Shown here: piece after piece, positions 17,682-26,342 of the stretch
Layout: every line of letters starts with the position of its first letter
How positions within the stretch are numbered: the first letter of the stretch is position 1
NCBI GenBank assembly: GCA_963704725.1
Contig: OY969934.1
Span: 160,001-224,000 of the forward strand
Direction of reading: 5' to 3'
DNA length: 64,000 nucleotides
Origin: an uncultured Actinomycetes bacterium
Lineage (GTDB): Bacteria > Actinomycetota > UBA4738 > HRBIN12
Translations under genes and position numbers: made by a program
The notes under the pieces: model-generated
The model's input: the letters and a program-made list of their open reading frames with translations, nothing else
The model's database searches: none
What the model was told of the DNA's origin: nothing

Positions 17682-19955
17682 ATGACCACGTCGATCTTCG
17701 GCGGCGCCGTGCGTCGCGTCGAGGACCCCCGATTCCTCACCGGGGAAGCCCGCTATGTCGACTCGATGCATCCCGAGGGCGCGCTGCACGCGGTGTTCGT
17801 CCGCTCCATCATGGCGCACGGGCGGATCTCGGGGATCGACGCCACCGCGGCAAGGGCGATGCCGGGGGTGGCGGCGGTCCTCGTGGCCTCGGACCTCGCC
17901 CTCGCGCCGCAGCCCCCGGCCGGCAACGTCATCGGTCCGTTCCATCGCCCGATCCCGGCGGCGGACGTCGTCCGGTACGCGGGCGAGCCGATCGCCCTGG
18001 TCCTGGCGGACCTCCCTGCGCTCGCGCTCGACGCCGCCGAGGCCGTGGTGGTCGAGCTCGACCCGCTCGAGCCGGTGCTCACCACCGAGGCCGCACTCGC
18101 CGCCGGCGCGCCGGAGCTGTTCCCGGGATCGGGCGGCAACCTCGCGCACGAGTTCGTCGAGGCGTGGGACGACGACGTGCTGGCCGGGTCGGAGGTCGTC
18201 GTCCGCGCCCGCGTCGTGCACCAGCGGCTGGCCCCCGCCCCGATGGAGACGAACGCGATCCTCGTCGAGCCGGCCGGCGACGCCCTGACGATCTGGGTCT
18301 CGACTCAGGTGCCGTTCGATGTGCGGAGCGACGTCGCCGAGTGGCTCGGGCTAGACCGTTCGAAGGTGCGGGTGGTGGCCCCCGACGTGGGCGGGGGGTT
18401 CGGCGCCAAGCTCCACGTCTATCCCGAGTACGTGATCTGCGCGGCGGCGGCGGCTCGGCTCGGACGTCCGGTGGCCTGGCAGGAGTCGAGGACGGAGAGC
18501 ATGGTGGGGCTCGGACACGGGCGGGCGCAGATCCACGACGTGGAGCTCGGAGCACGCCGGGACGGGACGCTCGTCGGCCTCCGGGTCGACATCCTGGCGG
18601 ACATGGGCGCGTATCCCGGCGCGGCGTACCTGCCCGCCACGACGAAGACGATGCTGCCCGGCGCCTACCGGATCCCGCGGGTCGCGGCGCGCGGACGGTC
18701 CGTCGTGACGAACACCGTGCCGACGTGCGAGTACCGCGGCGCGGGCCGCCCCGAGGCCGCCGCGACGATCGAGCGCGCGATGGACCTCCTGGCGTCCGAG
18801 CTGGCGATCGACCCGGTGGAGCTCCGGCGCCGCAACCTGATCCATCCCGACGAGCTCCCGTTCACCTCGGCGGTCGGCTCGATCTACGACGCGGCCGACT
18901 ACCCGGCGGCGCTCGAGCTCGCGCTCGGGACGGCGGGATACGAGGACCTTCGGGCGGCTCAGGCTCGCCGGCGGGAGCGGGGGGACACGCGGCAGCTCGG
19001 GATCGGGGTCGCGGTCTACGTCGAGGTGACCGGGTTCTCGCGCAAGGAGCTGGGCTCGGTCGAGATCCAGGGCGACGGTTCGGCGGTCGTGAGGGCCGGA
19101 ACGTCCTCGCACGGCCAAGGGCACGAGACCGCCTTCGCCCAGCTCGCGTCGGGCGTGCTCGGCCTGCCCATCAACCGCGTCCGCGTCGTCCACTCCGACA
19201 CGGCCGAGGTGCGCCGGGGCGAGGGGACGTTCGGCTCCCGGTCGCTGCAGATCGCCGGGACGTCCGTCTTCCGGGCGTCCGAGGAGGTCCTGGCGAAGGC
19301 GCGGGCCCTCGCCGCGCACCTGCTCGAGGCCTCGCCGGAGGACGTGGAGGCGATCGACGGCGGGTTCGCCGTCGCGGGCTCCCCCGAAACGTCGGTCTCG
19401 TGGGCCGACCTCGCGGCCGCGGCGAGCGACACCTCCTCGCTCCCCGAGGGGATGGAGCCGGGCCTGTTCGCCGAGGCCCGGCCGTTCCAGCGGGAGTACA
19501 CGTATCCGTTCGGCGCGCACGTCGCGGTGGTGGAGGTCGACGTCGAGACGGGGGACGTGCGCCTGCTCCGGCACGTCGCGGTCGACGACTGCGGGCGGAT
19601 CCTGAACCCCATGCTCGTCGAGGGTCAGGTGCACGGAGGGCTGGGGCAGGGGATCGCCCAGGCGCTGTACGAGGAGGTCCTCTACGACGAGCTCGGCAAC
19701 CCGCTCACGCCGAACCTCGCGACGTACGCGATGCCGGCCGCCTCAGAGCTCCCGTCGTTCGAGCGCGCGGTGATGGAGACGCCGACGCCGCTGAACCCCC
19801 TCGGCGCCAAGGGGATCGGCGAGTCGGCCACGGTCGGCTCGACGCCGGCCGTCGTGAACGCCGCGGTGGACGCGCTCGCCCCGTTCGGGGTTCGCCACAT
19901 CGACCCCCCGCTCACGCCCGAGCGCGTGTGGCGCGCGATCCGTGACGCACGATGA
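17682..19955 (+). CDS. xanthine dehydrogenase-family molybdopterin-binding large subunit (CoxL/CutL-like)
   Basis: RVEDPRFLTG, VGGGFGAK, YRGAGRPEA, HGQGHET, GQVHGG, GAKGIGE. Confidence 0.93.
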   Translation: MTTSIFGGAVRRVEDPRFLTGEARYVDSMHPEGALHAVFVRSIMAHGRISGIDATAARAMPGVAAVLVASDLALAPQPPAGNVIGPFHRPIPAADVVRYAGEPIALVLADLPALALDAAEAVVVELDPLEPVLTTEAALAAGAPELFPGSGGNLAHEFVEAWDDDVLAGSEVVVRARVVHQRLAPAPMETNAILVEPAGDALTIWVSTQVPFDVRSDVAEWLGLDRSKVRVVAPDVGGGFGAKLHVYPEYVICAAAAARLGRPVAWQESRTESMVGLGHGRAQIHDVELGARRDGTLVGLRVDILADMGAYPGAAYLPATTKTMLPGAYRIPRVAARGRSVVTNTVPTCEYRGAGRPEAAATIERAMDLLASELAIDPVELRRRNLIHPDELPFTSAVGSIYDAADYPAALELALGTAGYEDLRAAQARRRERGDTRQLGIGVAVYVEVTGFSRKELGSVEIQGDGSAVVRAGTSSHGQGHETAFAQLASGVLGLPINRVRVVHSDTAEVRRGEGTFGSRSLQIAGTSVFRASEEVLAKARALAAHLLEASPEDVEAIDGGFAVAGSPETSVSWADLAAAASDTSSLPEGMEPGLFAEARPFQREYTYPFGAHVAVVEVDVETGDVRLLRHVAVDDCGRILNPMLVEGQVHGGLGQGIAQALYEEVLYDELGNPLTPNLATYAMPAASELPSFERAVMETPTPLNPLGAKGIGESATVGSTPAVVNAAVDALAPFGVRHIDPPLTPERVWRAIRDAR

Positions 19956-20392
19956 GAGCCGTCCGGATGCTCGCGCTGACCGCGGCCTCGCTCTGCGCGG
20001 CGTGCTCGTCACCGGGGACGATCGGCGTGCCGGGACCCCTCGCACCCTCGGCGACCGAGACCCCCTCACCGGAGCCGAGCGCGACGAGCGGTGAGCGACC
20101 GGCGATCGCGGTGCGCACGCCGACGGCCGGCGACCAGCTCGTGTCCCCGATCACCGTCGCGGGGACGGCGGACGTGTCCGAGGCGCACGTGGGCGTCCGG
20201 GTCGTCGACGATCGGGGCGGCGAGCTGGCGGCCGTCGTCGCGACGACGGCGCAGGGGCGCTTCTCGGCCACGCTCGCGTTCTTCACGGACCGTCGGCAGC
20301 CCGGCGTGATCGAGGTCTTCGCAACTCGCGCCGAGGACGGCTCCGAGACCGACCTCGTCTCGGTCCCGGTGGTGCTCGTCCCCGGCTCCTGA
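19952..20392 (+). CDS. lipoprotein with a Gmad2-like Ig domain
   Basis: Lipobox-like CAAC; IAVRTP..GDQLVSPITVAGTA..SEA.V.V, GRF, DGS...VPV. Confidence 0.7.
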   Translation: MRAVRMLALTAASLCAACSSPGTIGVPGPLAPSATETPSPEPSATSGERPAIAVRTPTAGDQLVSPITVAGTADVSEAHVGVRVVDDRGGELAAVVATTAQGRFSATLAFFTDRRQPGVIEVFATRAEDGSETDLVSVPVVLVPGS

Positions 20393-20413
20393 GCGGCTGC
20401 TAGGCTCCCCGGC

Positions 20414-22225
20414 ATGGCCGCGGACGGGGAAGCCCCGCTCTGGGAGCAGCGCTTCCGCGCTGCGACGCAGACGTTCCCGCACTGGTCCCGCGCCATGCCG
20501 GACCGCCTCGTCTACCTCTCGGACGAGGAGGGAGCTTCCCAGGTCTACGCGGCCGATCGGAGCGGCGAACTTCACCGCCGTTCTGACGAGTCCGTGGGCG
20601 TGAGCCTGGCGACGATCTCGGCGGACGGTGCGGAGGTGGTCTGGTTCTCCGATCCCACCGGCGACGAGTCGGGCCGGTGGGTCGCCGCGCCGTTCGAGGG
20701 TGGCGAGGTTCGAGACCTCCTGCCCGGCGCGCCGATCGGGTGGCCCGACGGGCTGGCCGTGGGGCGCGACCTCGCGCTCGGCGTCCTCGCCGACCGCGAT
20801 GGGTTCGCCGTCCACGTCTCGGAGAGGGGCGGGCCGGCGCGCGTCGTCATGCGAGATCTCGACCAGATCTCGTTCTCGGCGACCGACTACCACGTGGAGG
20901 GCCTCGACCGCGTTGGCCTCTGCCCGGACGAGACCCTCGCGTGCGTCGAGGTCGCGCAGGGCGGCGACAACATCCACCGCGCCCTCCGCGTGTTCGAGCC
21001 GAGGACGGGGTCGGTCGTGGCCGAGCTGGCGGACGGGCCTGGGTTCGGGCTCGGAGCGTTCGCGTGGTCTCCCGTGGCCGGGGACCGCCGGCTGCTGATC
21101 GGGCACGAGCTACAGGACCGCATGCGCCCGTCCATCTGGGACCCCGTCTCGGGGGAGCGTCTCGACCTGGCCGTCGATCTCCCCGGGGACGCGATCCCGG
21201 TCGACTGGTGGCCGGACGGGAGCGCGATCCTGCTGGACCACCTGTACCGGGGGCGCGACCGCCTCTACCGGTGCGATCTGGCCACGGGGGCGCTGACCGA
21301 GATCCTCCATCCTCGGGGAGAGATCCTGGGGGCGGCCGTCCGCCCGAACGGCGAGGTCTGGCTCCGCGTCGCGAGCGGCGAGCGCGCGTCGCGCGTCCTG
21401 GAGGAGCACGGGGAGGAGGTGCTCCCCACCCCGGTGGCCGGGATCCGGGAGGGGACGCCGTACCGCGAGTGGCTGTTCCGCAACCCGGCCGGCGACACGA
21501 TCCACGGGTGGCTCGTCGTCCCCGAGGGCCCGGGTCCGTTCCCCACGTACCTCAAGGTCCACGGCGGTCCCAACTGGCTCTACCTCGACACCTGGTTCCC
21601 GGACGTGCAGATGCTGCTCGACCACGGGTTCGCGGTGGCGATGGTCAACTACCGAGGCTCGATCGGCTACGGGCGAGCGTTCCGGGACCACATCGTCGGC
21701 AACATCGGCTTCCCCGAGGTCGAGGACGTCGTCGCCGGTCTCGACGACCTGATCGCCCGGGGCATCGCCGATCCGGCTCGCGCGGTGATCGGCGGCTGGT
21801 CGTGGGGCGGGTATGTCACCCTCCTCGCCGTCGGAACGCACCCCGACCGGTTCGTCGCCGGGGTCGCCGGCGTTCCGGTGGGCGACTACATGGGCTCGTA
21901 CGACGACTCGGCGCCGGCCCTGCAGGCCTACGACCGATCGTTGATCGGCGGGGTCGTCCACGACCTCGCGGAGTTCGTCGCGGAGCGATCGCCGATCACG
22001 TACGTGGACCGGGTGCGGACGCCGGTGCTCGTCCTGGTCGGTGAGCACGACAGCCGGTGCGTCCCGGCCCAGGTCCACGCGTACGTCGACGCGCTTCGGG
22101 CGGCCGGCGGCGACACCGAGCTCTACTCGTACGACGAGGGCCACAGCTCGTTCGTGCTCGACGAGGAGGTCCGCGAGTGGCGGACGGTCCTCGACTTCCT
22201 TCGCCGCCGCGTCCCGGGGACCTAG
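20414..22225 (+). CDS. S9 prolyl oligopeptidase-family serine peptidase
   Basis: VHGGP, NYRGSIGYG, GWSWGG nucleophile motif, DSRC, EGH. Confidence 0.92.
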   Translation: MAADGEAPLWEQRFRAATQTFPHWSRAMPDRLVYLSDEEGASQVYAADRSGELHRRSDESVGVSLATISADGAEVVWFSDPTGDESGRWVAAPFEGGEVRDLLPGAPIGWPDGLAVGRDLALGVLADRDGFAVHVSERGGPARVVMRDLDQISFSATDYHVEGLDRVGLCPDETLACVEVAQGGDNIHRALRVFEPRTGSVVAELADGPGFGLGAFAWSPVAGDRRLLIGHELQDRMRPSIWDPVSGERLDLAVDLPGDAIPVDWWPDGSAILLDHLYRGRDRLYRCDLATGALTEILHPRGEILGAAVRPNGEVWLRVASGERASRVLEEHGEEVLPTPVAGIREGTPYREWLFRNPAGDTIHGWLVVPEGPGPFPTYLKVHGGPNWLYLDTWFPDVQMLLDHGFAVAMVNYRGSIGYGRAFRDHIVGNIGFPEVEDVVAGLDDLIARGIADPARAVIGGWSWGGYVTLLAVGTHPDRFVAGVAGVPVGDYMGSYDDSAPALQAYDRSLIGGVVHDLAEFVAERSPITYVDRVRTPVLVLVGEHDSRCVPAQVHAYVDALRAAGGDTELYSYDEGHSSFVLDEEVREWRTVLDFLRRRVPGT

Positions 22226-23559
22226 TCGCCGCCCGTTACGAGGTAGATCCAGGTTCCGTCCTCGGCGATCCCGAGACGCGGCCCGAGATAGCCGCCCGAG
22301 CTCGCCATCTGGTCGATCTGCTCGTCCGAGAACCCGAGCCCATGGAGCTGCGCTCGGTCGACGTCCGAGAGGTGCTCGAGCGCCCCCGGGCGCATGAACG
22401 CCGGGAACACGTAGGTGACGTTCGTGCCCTCGGTGTCGTTGACCCAGAACGGGAGCGCGAGCAGCTGCGCGATGGTGTCGAACATCGACGGATCCTCTCG
22501 GAGGGCTCGCGTGAACCGTCGGGCATCGCCGAAGTCGTAGGCGAAGCGGCTCGGATCGACGAGCGCGTCGAGAGCGGCGGCGTCGTGGTCGACCGCCGCG
22601 AGCTGGATGGCGTCGTGGGCGGCGATGACCGCAGCCGGCAGCGGGGTCTCGCCGGAGGCGGGCGGCGGGGTCTCGCCTGGGGCAGGCGTCTCGGGAGCGA
22701 CGAGCGACGAGAGGGGAGACGCCATCGCGCCGAGCGCGGCCCCGTGCTCGTCGACGGCCTGAACCCACAGGACGGCCGACTCGAGGTCGACCCCCGCGAT
22801 GCTCACGCTCGCGCCGTAGGCGCCGCCGCTGGGCGTGGCCGTCGCGGCGGACGAGCCGGACTCGGGGACCGCCCCGTTCAGGACCTCGATCTGAAGGGCG
22901 GCGCCGTCGGGCAGATCGGAGGGGTTCGTCTGTACGGCGACGTCGGTGCCGTTGACGAGCGCCACCCACGTCCAGGCCTCGTCGAGCAGAGGGCTCGATA
23001 CCTTCACCACGCTCCAGATCCCGTCCGGTCCGGTCCGACCGAGCTGGGCGAGGTCGACGGTGATGGGGGGCACGTCCTCGCCGAAGGTCCGGTTCCGGAG
23101 CTCGACGAACCGCTCGTCCTGAGCAACGGTCGTGCGGACCTGCACGTCGTCCGGTTGCCAGCCGAACAGGTTGGTCGCGAGCATGGCGGCCGTCTGAGCG
23201 GGGTCGAGGTACATGGGTTGGTGTCCGTCGTCCACCTCCGCTTGCAGCCGGGCACTCTGGTCCGCCGTCGTGGCGGGCCAGAGTCCGGGGAAGCTGTCGG
23301 ACGGGATCCGGATAGCCCCAGTCGGCGACGGCGTGGGCATGACGCCGGAGGCCGCGGGGTCGGCCGCCTCCGAGGGCGACGCGATGCGCAGGGCCGAGAC
23401 GCCGCCGACAACGACGGCGAGGACGGTGGTCGCGGACACGAGCACGGTGGTGAACCGCCGGGCTCGAGCCCGCCTCACCACACGACGGGTCGAAGGCTCC
23501 ATCTCGACGGGCATCTCGCCGGCGAGGTCGTGCAGCAGGGTGGGCAGCCGCTCGCTCAT
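22222..23559 (-). CDS. single-TM putative anti-sigma/partner protein with a large extracytoplasmic region
   Basis: LHDLA...VVRRARARR then TM; follows the ECF sigma gene by 1 nt; LWPAT...GHQP..LDP...A motif. Confidence 0.7.
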   Translation of the reverse strand: MSERLPTLLHDLAGEMPVEMEPSTRRVVRRARARRFTTVLVSATTVLAVVVGGVSALRIASPSEAADPAASGVMPTPSPTGAIRIPSDSFPGLWPATTADQSARLQAEVDDGHQPMYLDPAQTAAMLATNLFGWQPDDVQVRTTVAQDERFVELRNRTFGEDVPPITVDLAQLGRTGPDGIWSVVKVSSPLLDEAWTWVALVNGTDVAVQTNPSDLPDGAALQIEVLNGAVPESGSSAATATPSGGAYGASVSIAGVDLESAVLWVQAVDEHGAALGAMASPLSSLVAPETPAPGETPPPASGETPLPAAVIAAHDAIQLAAVDHDAAALDALVDPSRFAYDFGDARRFTRALREDPSMFDTIAQLLALPFWVNDTEGTNVTYVFPAFMRPGALEHLSDVDRAQLHGLGFSDEQIDQMASSGGYLGPRLGIAEDGTWIYLVTGGD

Positions 23560-23560
23560 C

Positions 23561-24079
23561 TCACTCGTCCTCCGGTAGCTCGTGCCGCAGGCGTTCCATC
23601 CCGCGGGAGACCATGGACTTGACGGTTCCGACGGCCACGCCGAGCGCTTCGGCGGTGTCGGCCTCGGAGAGGTCCTCGTAGAAGCGGAGCACGATCGCCG
23701 CGCGCTGCTCGGCACGGAGCGTCATCAGCGCCCGCCTGAGCCGGTCCCGGTCGCCCCGGTCGGGATCGGTGGATGCCTCCTCGGGGTGCTGCCGCTCCAG
23801 CCACGCCCGCTCCACCCGTCGGCGGCGGAAGTGCGACCGGGACAGGTTCACCACCGTGCGCCGCAGGTACCACCAGAACGCGTCCCGGTTCCGCAGGTCG
23901 TGGAACCGCCCGAGCACCTTGACGAAGGCGTCCTGGGCCAGGTCCTGGGCCAGCTCGCGGTCGCCGGTCAGCAGGTAGGCGAGCCGGAGCGCGTCCGGCG
24001 CGTGCACGCGATAGAGCTGCTCCAGCCCTCGGGCGTCCGTGCGTTCGGGTGCCTGCTCGCGCTCCTCGGTCACGACCAT
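23561..24079 (-). CDS. ECF RNA polymerase sigma factor, actinobacterial SigE family
   Basis: RLAYLLTGD..AQDLAQDAF, YLRRTVVN, QRAAIVLRFYEDLSEADTA..GTVKS. Confidence 0.93.
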   Translation of the reverse strand: MVVTEEREQAPERTDARGLEQLYRVHAPDALRLAYLLTGDRELAQDLAQDAFVKVLGRFHDLRNRDAFWWYLRRTVVNLSRSHFRRRRVERAWLERQHPEEASTDPDRGDRDRLRRALMTLRAEQRAAIVLRFYEDLSEADTAEALGVAVGTVKSMVSRGMERLRHELPEDE

Positions 24080-24092
24080 CTCACCCTGCCAC

Positions 24093-24131
24093 GACGCAGA
24101 GGGCCCCCGGGGGGTTCCACCCCGGGGGCCC
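24093..24131 (-). promoter_or_regulatory. ECF-type promoter (GGAAC-N17-CGTC) overlapping a 12-bp hairpin that may terminate gdhA
   Basis: Minus strand GGAAC 24118-24114 and CGTC 24096-24093; stem GGGCCCCCGGGG 24101-24112 pairs with 24120-24131. Confidence 0.55.
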
Positions 24132-24154
24132 TTGGAGCCGCGTGAGGCCGGTGC

Positions 24155-25516
24155 CTAGACGATGCCCTGATCGAGCATCGCGTCGGCGACCTTCACGAAG
24201 CCGGCGATGTTGGCCCCGAGCACGTAGTTGCCCGGGACCCCGTACTCCTCGGCGGTCTCGCGAGCCTGCTTGTGGATCGCCTTCATGATGTCCTTGAGGC
24301 GCTTGTCGACCTCCTCGCGGGCCCAGGCCACGCGGAGCGAGTCCTGGGACATCTCCAGCCCGGAGACCGCGACGCCGCCGGCGTTGGCGGCCTTGCCGGG
24401 GCCGTAGAGGATGCCGGCCTGGAGGAACTGCTCGACGCCCTCTGGGATCGTCGGCATGTTCGCGCCCTCGCTCACGACGAAGACGCCGCCGTTCAGCAGG
24501 TTGGCCGCGTCCTTGGCGTTGATCTCGTTCTGCGTGGCGCTCGGGAACGCGCAGTCGGCGGGGATGCTCCACAGCGGGTTCGCGTCGGCCGTGGGGTCTA
24601 CGGGTGCGTAGGTCGAGCCGGGGAACCGCTCGACGTACTCGCTGATCCGGCCCCGGCGCACATTCTTCAGCTCCATCACCCAGGCCAGCTTCTCGTTGTC
24701 GATGCCGGCCGGATCGTGGACGAAGCCGCCGGAATCCGACAGCGTGACGGCCTTCGCGCCCATGTGCAGGAGCTTCTCGACCGTGTACTGCGCGACGTTG
24801 CCGCTCCCGGACACGAGGCAGGTCTTGCCCTCGAGGGAGTCATCGCGAGTGCCGAGCATCTCGTGCGCGAAGTACACCGCGCCGTAGCCGGTCGCCTCGG
24901 GACGGATCAGCGAGCCGCCCCAGTCGACGCCCTTGCCGGTCAGGACGCCGGTGAACTCGTTCCTGATCCGCTTGTACTGCCCGAAGAGGAAGCCGATCTC
25001 GCGGCCGCCCACGCCGATGTCGCCGGCCGGGACGTCCGTGTTCGGGCCGATGTGCCGCGCCAGCTCGGTCATGAACGATTGGCAGAACCTCATGACCTCG
25101 TTGTCGCTCTTGCCCTTGGGGTCGAAGTCCGCGCCGCCCTTGCCGCCGCCCATGGGCAGCGTGGTCAGGGCGTTCTTGAGGACCTGCTCGAACGCGAGGA
25201 ACTTCAGCAGTCCGAGGTAGACGGTGGGGTGGAAGCGCAGGCCGCCCTTGTACGGGCCGATCGCGCTGTTCATCTCGACCCGGTATCCCCGGTTGACCTG
25301 GACCTCGCCGTGGTCGTCCACCCACGGCACCCGGAACATGATCACGCGCTCGGGCTCGATGATGCGCTCGAGCACCTTCGCCTCGCGGTACCGGGGCTTC
25401 CGATCCAGGACCGGCTCCAGCGACTCGACGACTTCCCGAACCGCCTGATGGAACTCCGGCTCTCCCGGGTTCTTGGTTGTGACCTGCGCCAACAGGTCCT
25501 CGACGTACGCGCCCAT
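24155..25516 (-). CDS. gdhA: NADP-specific glutamate dehydrogenase
   Basis: GPYKGGLRFHP, MGGGKGG, DVPAGDIGVG, GGSLIRPEATGYG, GSGNVA, EGANMP. Confidence 0.97.
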   Translation of the reverse strand: MGAYVEDLLAQVTTKNPGEPEFHQAVREVVESLEPVLDRKPRYREAKVLERIIEPERVIMFRVPWVDDHGEVQVNRGYRVEMNSAIGPYKGGLRFHPTVYLGLLKFLAFEQVLKNALTTLPMGGGKGGADFDPKGKSDNEVMRFCQSFMTELARHIGPNTDVPAGDIGVGGREIGFLFGQYKRIRNEFTGVLTGKGVDWGGSLIRPEATGYGAVYFAHEMLGTRDDSLEGKTCLVSGSGNVAQYTVEKLLHMGAKAVTLSDSGGFVHDPAGIDNEKLAWVMELKNVRRGRISEYVERFPGSTYAPVDPTADANPLWSIPADCAFPSATQNEINAKDAANLLNGGVFVVSEGANMPTIPEGVEQFLQAGILYGPGKAANAGGVAVSGLEMSQDSLRVAWAREEVDKRLKDIMKAIHKQARETAEEYGVPGNYVLGANIAGFVKVADAMLDQGIV

Positions 25517-25642
25517 GCCCTCCTCCTCACGCGGACTCTGCGGTGCCAGCGTGCCTCTCGGAGGCTACCTCCGTGCAGGTCGGAAGGCCCAGCGGCGGTG
25601 GGTCGGACGGCCCGGACCACGCGTACACTCGCGCCGAGCCCC

Positions 25643-25900
25643 ATGAGCATCTGGGTCGTCCTCACCGCCATCGCGATCGGGCTGGTCATCGCCTGGATCG
25701 GCATCACGGCGCTGCGGGCCGCCTCGGGGACCGGCGCGCCCCGCGGTCGCCCCGACGTGGAGGACGTCGAGGAGCTGGAGGTCTTCCTGGTCTGCCGCGA
25801 CTGCGGCACCGAGTTCCGGGTGACCCGGCTCGGCGAGCTGCAGATCCCCCGACACTGCGGCGAGCCGATGGAGGTCGTCCACCGCCCCGTTCCGGGCTGA
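25643..25900 (+). CDS. small membrane-anchored metal-ribbon protein
   Basis: N-terminal TM, then CRDCG...PRHCGEPM. Confidence 0.7.
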   Translation: MSIWVVLTAIAIGLVIAWIGITALRAASGTGAPRGRPDVEDVEELEVFLVCRDCGTEFRVTRLGELQIPRHCGEPMEVVHRPVPG

Positions 25901-25912
25901 GCTTCTGCACGT

Positions 25913-26068
25913 TCTTCCCCACGTTCTCCCCATCGGACGGCCATGTTCCGGCCACATGTCCCGAGCTTGTCCCCAGCCCCGGCGGGGTTTCCCCAGCCGC
26001 GCGAACGCCCCATGAACCCGAGGAGACGGGGAGGGGGACATCCACACCTGTGGACGGGGTGGGGAAAA
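25913..26068. promoter_or_regulatory. cluster of degenerate DnaA-box-like 9-mers
   Basis: Seven NNNTCC(A/C)CA sites, five forward then two reverse, in a convergent intergenic region. Confidence 0.5.
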
Positions 26069-26083
26069 TCACACGGATGTGAT

Positions 26084-26329
26084 TCAGCGCCACTGCGTGG
26101 CTGCGGCGAACCCGGCGGCGATGAGCCCGAGGCCCACCCACAGCCAGTACTGCTGCGTCCCGCCGGGGATGAAGTCCATGTAGTTCAGGACGATGAGGGC
26201 CACCCCGAGCAGGATGAGCCCGAGGACGAGGAAGCCGTACCAGGTCGGGCTGGCCTTGGGTCGCGGCTTCGTGGGCGGTGTCGCGTAGGGCCGGGACGTT
26301 CGTCGCTGGCGTGAACGGGACTTCGGCAT
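26084..26329 (-). CDS. crgA: cell division protein CrgA
   Basis: MPKSRSR, SPTWY, two TMs, C-terminal GF..ATQWR. Confidence 0.9.
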   Translation of the reverse strand: MPKSRSRQRRTSRPYATPPTKPRPKASPTWYGFLVLGLILLGVALIVLNYMDFIPGGTQQYWLWVGLGLIAAGFAAATQWR

Positions 26330-26342
26330 GACGCGCCAGATG

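Noticed and set aside
17682-19955. Aerobic CO dehydrogenase
   Set aside because: Lacks the AYRCSFR Cu-binding loop and adjacent coxMS genes
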